Shown in pieces: positions 53,466 through 61,851 of a stretch of DNA of 64,000 bases. The notes under the pieces were generated by a model. It had not been told where the DNA came from. It made no database searches and saw only the letters and a program-made list of their open reading frames with translations. The stretch's first letter is position 1. Every line of letters starts with the position of its first letter. The position numbers and the translations under genes were made by a program. The stretch is from a virus (taxonomy: Duplodnaviria > Heunggongvirae > Uroviricota > Caudoviricetes): the IMG/VR virus record IMGVR_UViG_3300036790_000265, positions 1 to 64,000 of that record; one strand, 5' to 3'.

Positions 53466-54401
53466 GTGGACACCGGCAAGTTCATCTCTTTCATCTCTCG
53501 GCACGTCGGCCGCGAGCGCCTGGCGGCCATCTGGAAGCGGCGCCCGCAGCGGACCCGGCCCGCGCCGGGCACCATTTCTCCTGGTGCGAAGAAGGCGATC
53601 CTTGCGGCCACCGCCGGCGTGGTGACCGCGGTGGCGTCGTTCGCGGGGATCCAGTCGTACAGCCATATCTACTGGCTGGCCGCGACTCACCGGCAGGACC
53701 GGTTGGACTCTGCCCTGGCGCCTCTGTCGGTGGACGGCCTGATCGTGGCGTTCTCGCTGGTGATCTTGTTCTTCTCCGTCACCGGCCGCCCAGTGCCGTT
53801 CCTGGCTCGCTGCGCCCTGTGGCTCGGCGTCGGTGTCACCGTCGCCGCGAACGTCGCGTTCGGAATCCCGGCCGGGATCATCGGCGCGCTGGTGTCGGCG
53901 TGGCCAGCGGTCGCGTTCGTGCTCTCAGCCGAGGGCCTGATGATCCTTGTACGCGCGGCGACGGGTACGCGCATCGCACCCGCGCACTCGAGTGCACCCG
54001 AACCGGGGTACGATTCGGCCGCACCTGTACCCGTACCCGTACCCGGAGGCGCGCTCCGCACTTTCGAACCCGCACCCGCTGCACCCGTACTCGACACCAC
54101 CGCCGAACCCGCGTCTGTACTCGCCAGCGCACCCGCTCAGCGTGGCCGCACTCAGCGAACTCGACAGGTGCAGCGCACCCCGAACGGAGACTCGGCCGTA
54201 CCCGACTGGGCGACGACCTACCCGGGGGCGTACGCCAACCGCCACATCCCGTCAATCCGCGTGATCCGCGACAAGATGGGTGTCGGCCAGTCCACGGCGC
54301 AGGTCCACCAGGCCCATTACCGCGCCCAACTCGACGCAGAAAGGGGTCGCGGCGACGACGCGGAACAGGAGGGCGAGCCGGCGATGGGCGCCGCCTCGTA
54401 G
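53466..54401 (+). CDS. DUF2637-like membrane protein with C-terminal HTH
   Basis: GAGGAG RBS + GTG; FAGIQSYSHIYWLAATHRQDRLDSALAPLSVDGLIVAFSLVIL; 4 TM. Confidence 0.5.
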   Translation: MDTGKFISFISRHVGRERLAAIWKRRPQRTRPAPGTISPGAKKAILAATAGVVTAVASFAGIQSYSHIYWLAATHRQDRLDSALAPLSVDGLIVAFSLVILFFSVTGRPVPFLARCALWLGVGVTVAANVAFGIPAGIIGALVSAWPAVAFVLSAEGLMILVRAATGTRIAPAHSSAPEPGYDSAAPVPVPVPGGALRTFEPAPAAPVLDTTAEPASVLASAPAQRGRTQRTRQVQRTPNGDSAVPDWATTYPGAYANRHIPSIRVIRDKMGVGQSTAQVHQAHYRAQLDAERGRGDDAEQEGEPAMGAAS

Positions 54402-54500
54402 GAACAACAAAGACGGCCCCGGCCGCTCCTCCCGCGAAGGGAAGGGCGGCCGGGGCTGTTCTATTGCCGGGGCTGGCCCGGCGGCGCATCGTGCGTCCGG

Positions 54501-54809
54501 TCAGGCCGGATCGGGCTTGCTCGGCAACTTGGCCTCGATCAGAGCCAGGATGCGGGCGGTCTCGGTGCCCGCTTTCTTGACCGCGGCGACCGCCGCTACG
54601 ACAGCCGGGGTCGCGGCCGGGTCGAGGGTCTTGGCCAGATTCTCCAGCGTGTCCGCGACCGCGGCCGCGCGGGTCTCGTTCGCCTTCGCGTACTCGCCGA
54701 CGTGCTCGAGTACATCCTTGACGGCGACCAGGCTGTCGATGACCTCGGGTACGAGGTGCTCCTCCACTCGTTCGCGCAGGCTCTCGATGATGGCGTCGAT
54801 GTGCAGCAT
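54501..54809 (-). CDS. hypothetical helical protein
   Basis: ORF. Confidence 0.4.
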   Translation of the reverse strand: MLHIDAIIESLRERVEEHLVPEVIDSLVAVKDVLEHVGEYAKANETRAAAVADTLENLAKTLDPAATPAVVAAVAAVKKAGTETARILALIEAKLPSKPDPA

Positions 54810-54877
54810 GGTTGTGGTTCCTTCCGGGTTGGGGTGCGGGCGTCCCGCAGGGGGTGTACTCGGGGTTCGGACAGGGG

Positions 54878-55603
54878 TCAGGCCGCGATCTGGTCCAGGT
54901 CGGCCACGAGCGCGTCGTAGGCCACGCCGCGGCCGTCTCCGTGGTCGAGCTCGCCGGTCATCACGGCCCACGCCTCGGTGGCCATGAAGAACCACGCCGG
55001 GTAGGTGATCCGCTGCACCTTCCCCCACGTGACCGCGTACAGGTGGTGGTCGTCGTAGCCGACAACCGGGATGCAGTGGCCACCAGCGACGGGGCTCAGC
55101 AGGTCTTCCAGCGTCCACGCGCCACCGGCCGCGAACTTCTGCTGCATCGCCTGCGTGACCTTGATGCCGGTGTAGGAGAAGTCGTACAGGTTCACCACCG
55201 ACTGGAGGGTGGCGATGTCCTGCGGGCTGAAGTGGGTGAACGCGCCCACGGTGTGCCCGTAGTAGCCGTGCTGGCGGACGTAGCCCAGGAAGGCGGACAG
55301 GACGACACCGACGTCCTGGCCCTTGTTGTAGGCCAGGTAGTAGCTCACGGCCTGCTCGGCGGTGGCGAAGCTTTCCTGCTCGGCGGTGACCGCGGCACCG
55401 GCCATGAAACCGTGCTCCAGGCCAGCGACGCCACAGTCGCCGTACTGGTCGTTGCCGAGCATTTCCCAGTCGGCGACCGGGGGGGCCGCGATGCTGGTGG
55501 GTGGCTTGGGTAGCGAACCGGCGACGTAGTGGCTGAGCGGCTTGAGGCCGACTGGTATCTGGCCGGGCAGGCAGCCGAGTTTGAGCGACGCGATTTCAGG
55601 CAT
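54878..55603 (-). CDS. papain-like (C1-type) cysteine peptidase-like protein
   Basis: GNDQYGDCGVAG (Cys), GGHCIPVVGYDDHHLYAVTWG (His), GGGAG RBS. Confidence 0.5.
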   Translation of the reverse strand: MPEIASLKLGCLPGQIPVGLKPLSHYVAGSLPKPPTSIAAPPVADWEMLGNDQYGDCGVAGLEHGFMAGAAVTAEQESFATAEQAVSYYLAYNKGQDVGVVLSAFLGYVRQHGYYGHTVGAFTHFSPQDIATLQSVVNLYDFSYTGIKVTQAMQQKFAAGGAWTLEDLLSPVAGGHCIPVVGYDDHHLYAVTWGKVQRITYPAWFFMATEAWAVMTGELDHGDGRGVAYDALVADLDQIAA

Positions 55604-55692
55604 GGGTGTACTCCCGGGTCGAGGGGCGAGGTTGAATACGCAGCAGGCCTGGTCGGGCCGGCGCGTGAAGGTGGAGCGGGAGAAGAAAGGGT

Positions 55693-56193
55693 TCAGGCGG
55701 TGATGGCCAGCGGCACCATGCCGGGCTGGCGGGCGAGGTCGGACGGCCGCACCTGGCACGGCTGGCCGCGGTCGCACAGCCAGTTGAGCCCGGCTGCGGC
55801 CCCGCACTCGGTGGCGTACTGCGAGCAGATCAGCGCGTGATCAGCCCGGGAGTAGTGCAGCAGCCACTTCCAGTGGATGCCGAGGTCTTCCAGGCCGAGG
55901 TCGGCGAGGTCGGGGAAGTTGTAGACCGTGCCGACACGGTGTAGTGCAGCTGCGGTGACCTGCCCGCGTTGCTTGCTGGTCATCGGCTGGAGCGTGTTGA
56001 TCATGGCCCGGCAGCCGGCGTACTCGCTGAGTGCGGCGACCCGCACCCCTGCAGAGGGGACAGCCTCAGCGATCTGGCCGTTCCCGAGCGAGATGGCCAC
56101 GTGGTCGTAGGGGCTGTGGGTGGCCCACTGGATGAGCTTCCCGCACCAGCCGGGGACCTGGATGACGATGTAGCGGCCGGCCTCGACGTCCAC
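55693..56193 (-). CDS. hypothetical protein (possible permuted papain-fold hydrolase)
   Basis: His...Cys order (YDHVAI...LICSQY). Confidence 0.3.
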   Translation of the reverse strand: MDVEAGRYIVIQVPGWCGKLIQWATHSPYDHVAISLGNGQIAEAVPSAGVRVAALSEYAGCRAMINTLQPMTSKQRGQVTAAALHRVGTVYNFPDLADLGLEDLGIHWKWLLHYSRADHALICSQYATECGAAAGLNWLCDRGQPCQVRPSDLARQPGMVPLAITA

Positions 56194-56197
56194 CGGC

Positions 56198-57166
56198 TCA
56201 GGCCGCCTCTGGCTGCTCGGCCGCGGCCTGAGCGAGGCGGGCGGCGGTCGCGGCCTTGGTCTCGGTGTAGACGGTCGCGGCGACGTAGTGCGTGCCGGTG
56301 TCTTCCCGGTACACGCAGGCGCCTTCGACGCCGGCCGGGATGGTGAGCACGGGCCAGGTCCCCTGCGGGTCCACGGTGACCGCGACCGGGTCGAGGTCGG
56401 TGCCGTGCCAGTTCACCGACAGCGACGCGGACGGGAACGTGCCCGAGGAGCCGAACACGGTCGTGAACCGGATCGCGTTGGCGCCGTCTGGGATGGCGAT
56501 GGGCGTGGGGGTGCCCTTGGGCAGTAGCAGCATGGTTGGCTCCTCCTGGTCGAGCACGGCAAACGGAATGGACGGCGGCGGTGGCGGGTCGGTGTGGGTC
56601 TCCGTGTAGGTGGCGAGCCAGGCGCGCAGGTCGTCGACGGTGCCGTTGAACACGTCGAGATCGACGGGGCCGCTGATCGAGTACTGCCAGAACCGCCACG
56701 TCTTCCACGGCCCGACCGGGCCTGGTGGGACGTCACCTGGCCACGTGGCCCACAGGTCATATCCGCCGCAGGACCACAGGCCCTTGGCGACCGACAGGTC
56801 GGTGTAGACGAGGACTGGGCAGTGTGGACCGGCCAGGTACGCGGTCCGGTCGCAGAACGCCTTGACGGAGGTGTCGGTGACTCCCGGGTAGTCCGACGCG
56901 ACGACCGCGAGCATGTCACCCGGGCGCAGGCCCCGGGCTTTGACCGTGGCGACGAAGAAATCCGCCTGGGCTTCGGCTGACGCGTCGGTGAGTTCGTGGT
57001 AGGCGCCGCGGGGGATGTTGGCGCGGGCGATACCGGCCCAGTTGTCGGTGAACTTCTCGTCGACGTAGTCGGGTCCGTTGGTGGCCTTGCACCATCCGAA
57101 GTTCTCGCCGGCCCAGGTGGTGACTGCCTGGTAGTCGGACCGGTCTTGACCGTGTGCGCTGGTCAT
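56198..57166 (-). CDS. GH25 muramidase (endolysin LysA-like) with C-terminal domain
   Basis: GQDRSDYQ...CKATNGPDYVDEKFTDNW...GAYHEL matches GH25 DxSxxQ / KATEG / YHF motifs. Confidence 0.75.
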   Translation of the reverse strand: MTSAHGQDRSDYQAVTTWAGENFGWCKATNGPDYVDEKFTDNWAGIARANIPRGAYHELTDASAEAQADFFVATVKARGLRPGDMLAVVASDYPGVTDTSVKAFCDRTAYLAGPHCPVLVYTDLSVAKGLWSCGGYDLWATWPGDVPPGPVGPWKTWRFWQYSISGPVDLDVFNGTVDDLRAWLATYTETHTDPPPPPSIPFAVLDQEEPTMLLLPKGTPTPIAIPDGANAIRFTTVFGSSGTFPSASLSVNWHGTDLDPVAVTVDPQGTWPVLTIPAGVEGACVYREDTGTHYVAATVYTETKAATAARLAQAAAEQPEAA

Positions 57167-57183
57167 GGGCACCTCCTCGGGGG

Positions 57184-58029
57184 TCACGCGGAGCATTGGG
57201 CGCCGACCGACTGGAGCGCGGCCAGCGCGGCGGCAGGAGGCGGGAAGACGTATTCGTGTTGGCTGCCTTCACCGCCTTGCCCCCAGAACGTGGCGATCAA
57301 GGTCCCGTTGCGGCTGGTCAGCCAGTCCCAGCAGGAGGTGAACCAGCCGCCGGTCGGGTCAATGCTGTTGGTTTCGCTGATGGCCGGGCGGGCGTCCGGG
57401 GCGACGGTCAGGATGTCTTGCCACGCCTGCCCGAACACGGCCTCGGGGGTCGAGTTGCCGTCCGGGTCGTAGCCGTCCATCGAGTACCAGCCCAGCCCAG
57501 GGCAAATCCACGGCGTGACGTCCTGACCAGCCCGGACCGGACTCGTCGAGATGCATTCGCCGTACAGCACGCCCGGGTTGACCTGCTGCACCAGGTTGTG
57601 CAGGTACCCGTGCAGGTCGGTGAGCTGGGCAGCGGACGAACCGGACAGCGATTGGTACGGGCCACCTGGCCGGTTCGCTTCCTGCCAGCCGGTCAGCCAC
57701 GACCCTTCCGGGGCCTGCTCGATGTAGGCGCTCAACTGCGACTTGAGCGTCCCGGCCAGGGTCATGGCCGGGTCCGGGTCGAAACACACCAGCGCGGTAG
57801 CCCCGGCCGGGACCGGGTTAGCCGGGTTACCAGGCCATTTCACGGGGACGCCGTTGCCGCTGCTGTCGGCGAACACCTTCACCCAGGTCAAGCCGTCCAG
57901 CGACGGGGAAACCGCGGCGTAGGCGGTCAGGTTCACCCCGAACGGGACCCGGACGCTCGCCGACGCTTCCGCGGTCGAGGAGGTGCCGGCGGCCGGGTCG
58001 TCGACCTGGACTGGGACGGTGAGGATCAC
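57184..58029 (-). CDS. hypothetical protein (possible hydrolase)
   Basis: ORF. Confidence 0.4.
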   Translation of the reverse strand: MILTVPVQVDDPAAGTSSTAEASASVRVPFGVNLTAYAAVSPSLDGLTWVKVFADSSGNGVPVKWPGNPANPVPAGATALVCFDPDPAMTLAGTLKSQLSAYIEQAPEGSWLTGWQEANRPGGPYQSLSGSSAAQLTDLHGYLHNLVQQVNPGVLYGECISTSPVRAGQDVTPWICPGLGWYSMDGYDPDGNSTPEAVFGQAWQDILTVAPDARPAISETNSIDPTGGWFTSCWDWLTSRNGTLIATFWGQGGEGSQHEYVFPPPAAALAALQSVGAQCSA

Positions 58030-58490
58030 GGCTCCGCCGGATGCGGCTCAGGCCACTCCGGGGTGCCGTCGCCACCGCCAGCGAAGACGCGGCGATGGCC
58101 GAGGCCGAGCGGGTTACGGGGCTGGCTGTAGCGTTCGTTCGCGATGTCGGACCGCTGGATCTGGAAGTCGATGGGGAGCCCGGTCCGGTCGCGCAGGTGG
58201 GTGCTGATGGCCATGCACAGCAGTTCCCACCGCTCCAGGGTCGGGCACACGGCGGCGAACTCGGCTTCGTCGAGCATCATCCGCACGTCCACATCGCGGT
58301 AACTGTCGGCTGTCCCGTGACCTGCCGTGCCGACCAGGTAGGGCGGCCGCCCGCCGAACGCCCGGGTGATCGGCTGGCAGGCCACGTCGAGGTTGTGCAG
58401 CTCGCTGGTGGTCAGGCGTGTTGAGCGCGGCGTGGTGGTCATCAGGCCGGCACTAGCCCTCAGGCTTCCGCCGTCAGCTCGCACGACCAT
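58026..58490 (-). CDS. nucleotidyltransferase-fold-like protein
   Basis: LVGTAGHGTADSYRDVDV resembles the GS..G....SDxD minimal NTase motif. Confidence 0.35.
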   Translation of the reverse strand: MVVRADGGSLRASAGLMTTTPRSTRLTTSELHNLDVACQPITRAFGGRPPYLVGTAGHGTADSYRDVDVRMMLDEAEFAAVCPTLERWELLCMAISTHLRDRTGLPIDFQIQRSDIANERYSQPRNPLGLGHRRVFAGGGDGTPEWPEPHPAEP

Positions 58491-58792
58491 TCGCCGGTGG
58501 AAGCGTTGAACGTCGGCGTGCCCACGGCCCAGGTGCGGCCAGTCGCGTCTTTGATCGATCCGGCGAGCTGGTTGAACGCCGCGAGCGCGGCCGTGGCGGT
58601 GGTGGTGCTCGTCGCCGCGGGCACCACCGCGTCAGCGACGGTGACCGGCACTGAGTACGGGGTGTTGGTCGTGTTCAGGGATTTGGCCACGGCGGTGATG
58701 ACCATCTGCTCGCCGGACCCGGACAGGTAGCTGCCGGACGCGGGGATGTTGGTGAACTCGGCGCTGACGATCGTGGGGTTCTGCGCGGCCAT
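58460..58792 (-). CDS. hypothetical protein
   Basis: GGAGG RBS before MAAQNPTIV. Confidence 0.45.
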   Translation of the reverse strand: MAAQNPTIVSAEFTNIPASGSYLSGSGEQMVITAVAKSLNTTNTPYSVPVTVADAVVPAATSTTTATAALAAFNQLAGSIKDATGRTWAVGTPTFNASTGEWSCELTAEA

Positions 58793-58908
58793 GACGCCTC
58801 CGGGTAGGTGCAGGAAGGTGAGCAGCCGCTTCCACACCGGCGGCTGCGGAGAGGGAAGGACCCGAACAGGGCCCGCTGAGATGACCCGAAGGTCAGGCGG
58901 CGGGGTCA

Positions 58909-59724
58909 TCAGCACCCGGCCGGGTCGCACACGGCGTAGCTGTTCACCTGCGCGCCTTTGCCGCCCCGCCAGAGCTCGAACCCGGCCTCGACGTCGGCGA
59001 GCGCCCACCCGGCGGGCAGGAACCCGAGGTTTTCGGTGTAGGCCACGAACGGCCCGTAGCCCAGGCCGGTGACGCTCGTCCGGTGCGCGGTGAGCACGTA
59101 GATGACGAGCGCGACTGTGTGGGCCGCGTTCGTCCAGGAGCCGTAGACGTCGAAGGTGTGGCTGCCGATCCGCACGTCCGTGGCCAGTTCGCTGCCTGGG
59201 GTGACGCCCCGTGAGTCCAGGAACACCATGATCTCTGTCTGCGGTCCCGGCCTGCTCGCGCCCGGGGGCGTGAAGAACGTGTCGAAGTCCAGGTCCCAGA
59301 CGCCAGCGCGTGGCAAGGTGGCCGACATGCTCAGGTGAACCGGGTCGCGGGTGCTGGTGAAGTCCGCCGCCGGGATGGGCAGCCCGGACCGGGGTGAGAT
59401 CGCCGCGCCATAGCCGTGGTTGCCCCGGTAAATCGAGGCGTACGCCGCCGGGGCGCTGCCGGTCGGGGTGTCCAGGGAGCTGGACTCGACGGTGAAGCTG
59501 GTGCCGCCGTCGCTGCACACCTTGTAGGGGGCGTTCGAGTTGTACTCGTTCCCCGAGAACTCGTAGACGTGGCCATTCGGTGAGGTGACCGGGTAGATCT
59601 GGGACTGGTTGCCGTTGCTGGTGCAAACCTGCGAGGTCGCCGGGGTGACGCTGGCCTGCGCAGGCGCGGCGAGGGGCAGGATTGCCAAGGCAGCACAAAG
59701 TGCCGCCACGAGGCGGGTACGCAT
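58909..59724 (-). CDS. secreted GH12-family glycoside hydrolase
   Basis: Signal peptide MRTRLVAALCAALAILPLAAPAQA; QTEIMVFLDSRGVTPGS...RIGSHTFDVYGSWTN matches the GH12 E[IL]M[IV]W block. Confidence 0.6.
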   Translation of the reverse strand: MRTRLVAALCAALAILPLAAPAQASVTPATSQVCTSNGNQSQIYPVTSPNGHVYEFSGNEYNSNAPYKVCSDGGTSFTVESSSLDTPTGSAPAAYASIYRGNHGYGAAISPRSGLPIPAADFTSTRDPVHLSMSATLPRAGVWDLDFDTFFTPPGASRPGPQTEIMVFLDSRGVTPGSELATDVRIGSHTFDVYGSWTNAAHTVALVIYVLTAHRTSVTGLGYGPFVAYTENLGFLPAGWALADVEAGFELWRGGKGAQVNSYAVCDPAGC

Positions 59725-59765
59725 AGCGGGGGTGCTCCGATCGGATGGGGAGGGGCGACGGTGGT

Positions 59766-60203
59766 TCAGCCGGTGCCGCCGGGCATCAGCACGGCAGCCG
59801 CGATCGACACGGCCAGCACGACACCGAGGACAGCAGCGGTTTCGAGGTAGGGGTGCGCGCGGTGGGCCCGCAGGCGGGCGACCACGAACGCGACGACACC
59901 GAGCATCAGCATCGACGCGGCCAGGGCATGCCAGCCGCGTAGGAACGCGTACGGCAGCGCGGGGAGCACGGAGCCGGTGAGGGTGGCCGCGCCCATCACC
60001 AGGGCGGCGCGGGGGCCACGACCAGACCGGCTCAACCATTCGTTACCGGCCATGCTCGCTGCGGCGGACAGGCCACCAGACAGGGCCAGCCACAGCACGA
60101 GGCCGCTGTGTCCGGTGGCGTAGGCGATGACGCCGATGATCGACATGGCCCCGTCGCCGAGGCCCATGATCGCGGCCGGGGTCAACCGGTCGTCGTCGCT
60201 CAC
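59766..60203 (-). CDS. VIT-family (CCC1-like) membrane protein
   Basis: AIMGLGDGAMSIIGVIAYATG... Confidence 0.5.
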   Translation of the reverse strand: MSDDDRLTPAAIMGLGDGAMSIIGVIAYATGHSGLVLWLALSGGLSAAASMAGNEWLSRSGRGPRAALVMGAATLTGSVLPALPYAFLRGWHALAASMLMLGVVAFVVARLRAHRAHPYLETAAVLGVVLAVSIAAAVLMPGGTG

Positions 60204-60781
60204 CTGGTGGCCCCGGCCGGGCGGGCGAACGCCATCATGGCGACCGGGTGGTCGGCGTCGAGGACGTGCACCAGGCCGGCAGCGAGCGCGTCGGCGTGCT
60301 CGCGGTGCAGCTGCGATCCGGGGGTGGCGTAAAGCACCTGCACCCGGCCGTCCAGCTCGCGGGTGGGCACGACCGCGGCCGGCTGCCCTTCACCGTCCAC
60401 GACCCACAGGTTGAAGTCGTCCCGCTTGGTGAGCTGGATGTCCCAGATCGATTTCGGGTAGTGGTGCCAGCCGCCGACCTGCGCCCGTTCGGACACGATC
60501 CCCTGATGCAGCTCCGGGCTCAGGAGCACGCAGGCGTTGAACAGGCTGTCGGTCCACCTGGCGACGGCCGCGGCGTCGGTGATCGGGGTGTCGAGGATCG
60601 CGCGGGCCTCGGTGTAGCCGAACTTCTCGAGTTCGGTCAGGGTCTCGGGGAACCGGGCGTACAGCCGTTTGGCGTTCTGCCGCAGCAGGTCCACCTTGGC
60701 CGGGTCGGCGGACCATTGCGCGGACCATTCGACGCCGGCGACGTTGAGGACGAGGAACCAGCCGTCGCCGTCGAACAGCAT
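60200..60781 (-). CDS. hypothetical protein
   Basis: ORF, start uncertain. Confidence 0.4.
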   Translation of the reverse strand: MLFDGDGWFLVLNVAGVEWSAQWSADPAKVDLLRQNAKRLYARFPETLTELEKFGYTEARAILDTPITDAAAVARWTDSLFNACVLLSPELHQGIVSERAQVGGWHHYPKSIWDIQLTKRDDFNLWVVDGEGQPAAVVPTRELDGRVQVLYATPGSQLHREHADALAAGLVHVLDADHPVAMMAFARPAGATR

Positions 60782-61055
60782 CAGCGACCCGGCGTGGTGT
60801 GCCTGCACCCCCTGGACGGCGGTCACCGCAGGCCCCCGTCCGCCAGCGCGACCAGGAGCGCGGCGGACTGGTCGCGGCGGGCCGCGGCGAGGATCTTGTG
60901 TGCGGTGGTTTTGGCCCGCCGGAACCCCGTGCTCTCTGTGCGGCCCGGGTGGTCGGGGATATCTACGGTCCAGGAGTGGTCTTCGTGTTCGGTGTGCACG
61001 CCGCCGCCCGGCTTGTGGCTGGCCGGGCCGCCTGGGCACCGGCAGGTCGCATCAT

Positions 61056-61436
61056 TCATTCGGATGCCTTTCCTAGGCTCTGCTCGACGTGGTGAAGTCG
61101 CCGGTCGTGGTCACGGAGCTGTCCGGCATGCTCGTGTAGGGCGGTGTTGGTTTCGCCTTGAAACCGGTCGAGCTGCCGGCCAAGGGCACCGATCGCCTTG
61201 GTGTTGGCCTCGGCAGCCTTGGTGTTGGCTTCCATCGCCTCGGTGTGCTTGCGTTGCCGCTCGCCCTCAGCGGTCCACTTCTGCCGCTGGCCGGTGAACC
61301 AGCGGCGCACACCCCAGACGCCGCCGAGAGACACGACAACGGCCGAGACGATGCCGGTCAGGTAGTAGGCCGGGATCAGGTTGTCTCCCGGGCTTGACTG
61401 GGCAGCCGCGGCGATCAGGGTGAGCGCAGTCAGCAT
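61056..61436 (-). CDS. membrane protein with coiled coil (holin-like candidate)
   Basis: TM then EANTKAAEANTKA repeats. Confidence 0.35.
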   Translation of the reverse strand: MLTALTLIAAAAQSSPGDNLIPAYYLTGIVSAVVVSLGGVWGVRRWFTGQRQKWTAEGERQRKHTEAMEANTKAAEANTKAIGALGRQLDRFQGETNTALHEHAGQLRDHDRRLHHVEQSLGKASE

Positions 61437-61822
61437 CCGAGGTCCCCCGGCAGCTCCCCGAGGATCGCGTACTGGTTTTGGTCGTAGCGGCGGCTCGGAT
61501 TCTTGAGGGGGTTCCCGGCAGGCGGCTTGTTCTGGTGCAGTTTGGTGAAGGTGACGCAAATCTTCGCTTCGGCGCGGGCGCCTTCCTCCTGTCCGAGGCG
61601 GATCGCGTGGGCGGTTTCCTGCTGGCCCACCTGGATCGCGTGAGCGTTCTGGTGTTTGGCCTGATTGATCGCGTAGGTGGTGTAACCCCAGTTCAGGACC
61701 GCAGACAGGATCACTCCGATAGCGAACGCCACGATCGCCACCGCGAGCCGCCGTCCGTCTGGTGGCTTCGACCTGGGTTCGGGTTCGGGAGTGGGCAGGT
61801 CGGCAAGCGACGGTTCGGACAT
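61430..61822 (-). CDS. membrane protein
   Basis: TM LAVAIVAFAIGVILSAVL. Confidence 0.4.
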   Translation of the reverse strand: MSEPSLADLPTPEPEPRSKPPDGRRLAVAIVAFAIGVILSAVLNWGYTTYAINQAKHQNAHAIQVGQQETAHAIRLGQEEGARAEAKICVTFTKLHQNKPPAGNPLKNPSRRYDQNQYAILGELPGDLGC

Positions 61823-61851
61823 GACGGGGACTCCTCCCGGGGCGGGGATGG

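Noticed and set aside
58460-59698. 412-aa ORF upstream extension
   Set aside because: The Arg/Pro-rich extension overlaps the GH12 gene on the same strand in another frame. The real product is the C-terminal 110 aa, which has a GGAGG RBS.
60823-61059. 78-aa ORF
   Set aside because: It overlaps 60200-60781 and its upstream extension on the same strand in another frame. There is no RBS and the composition is biased.
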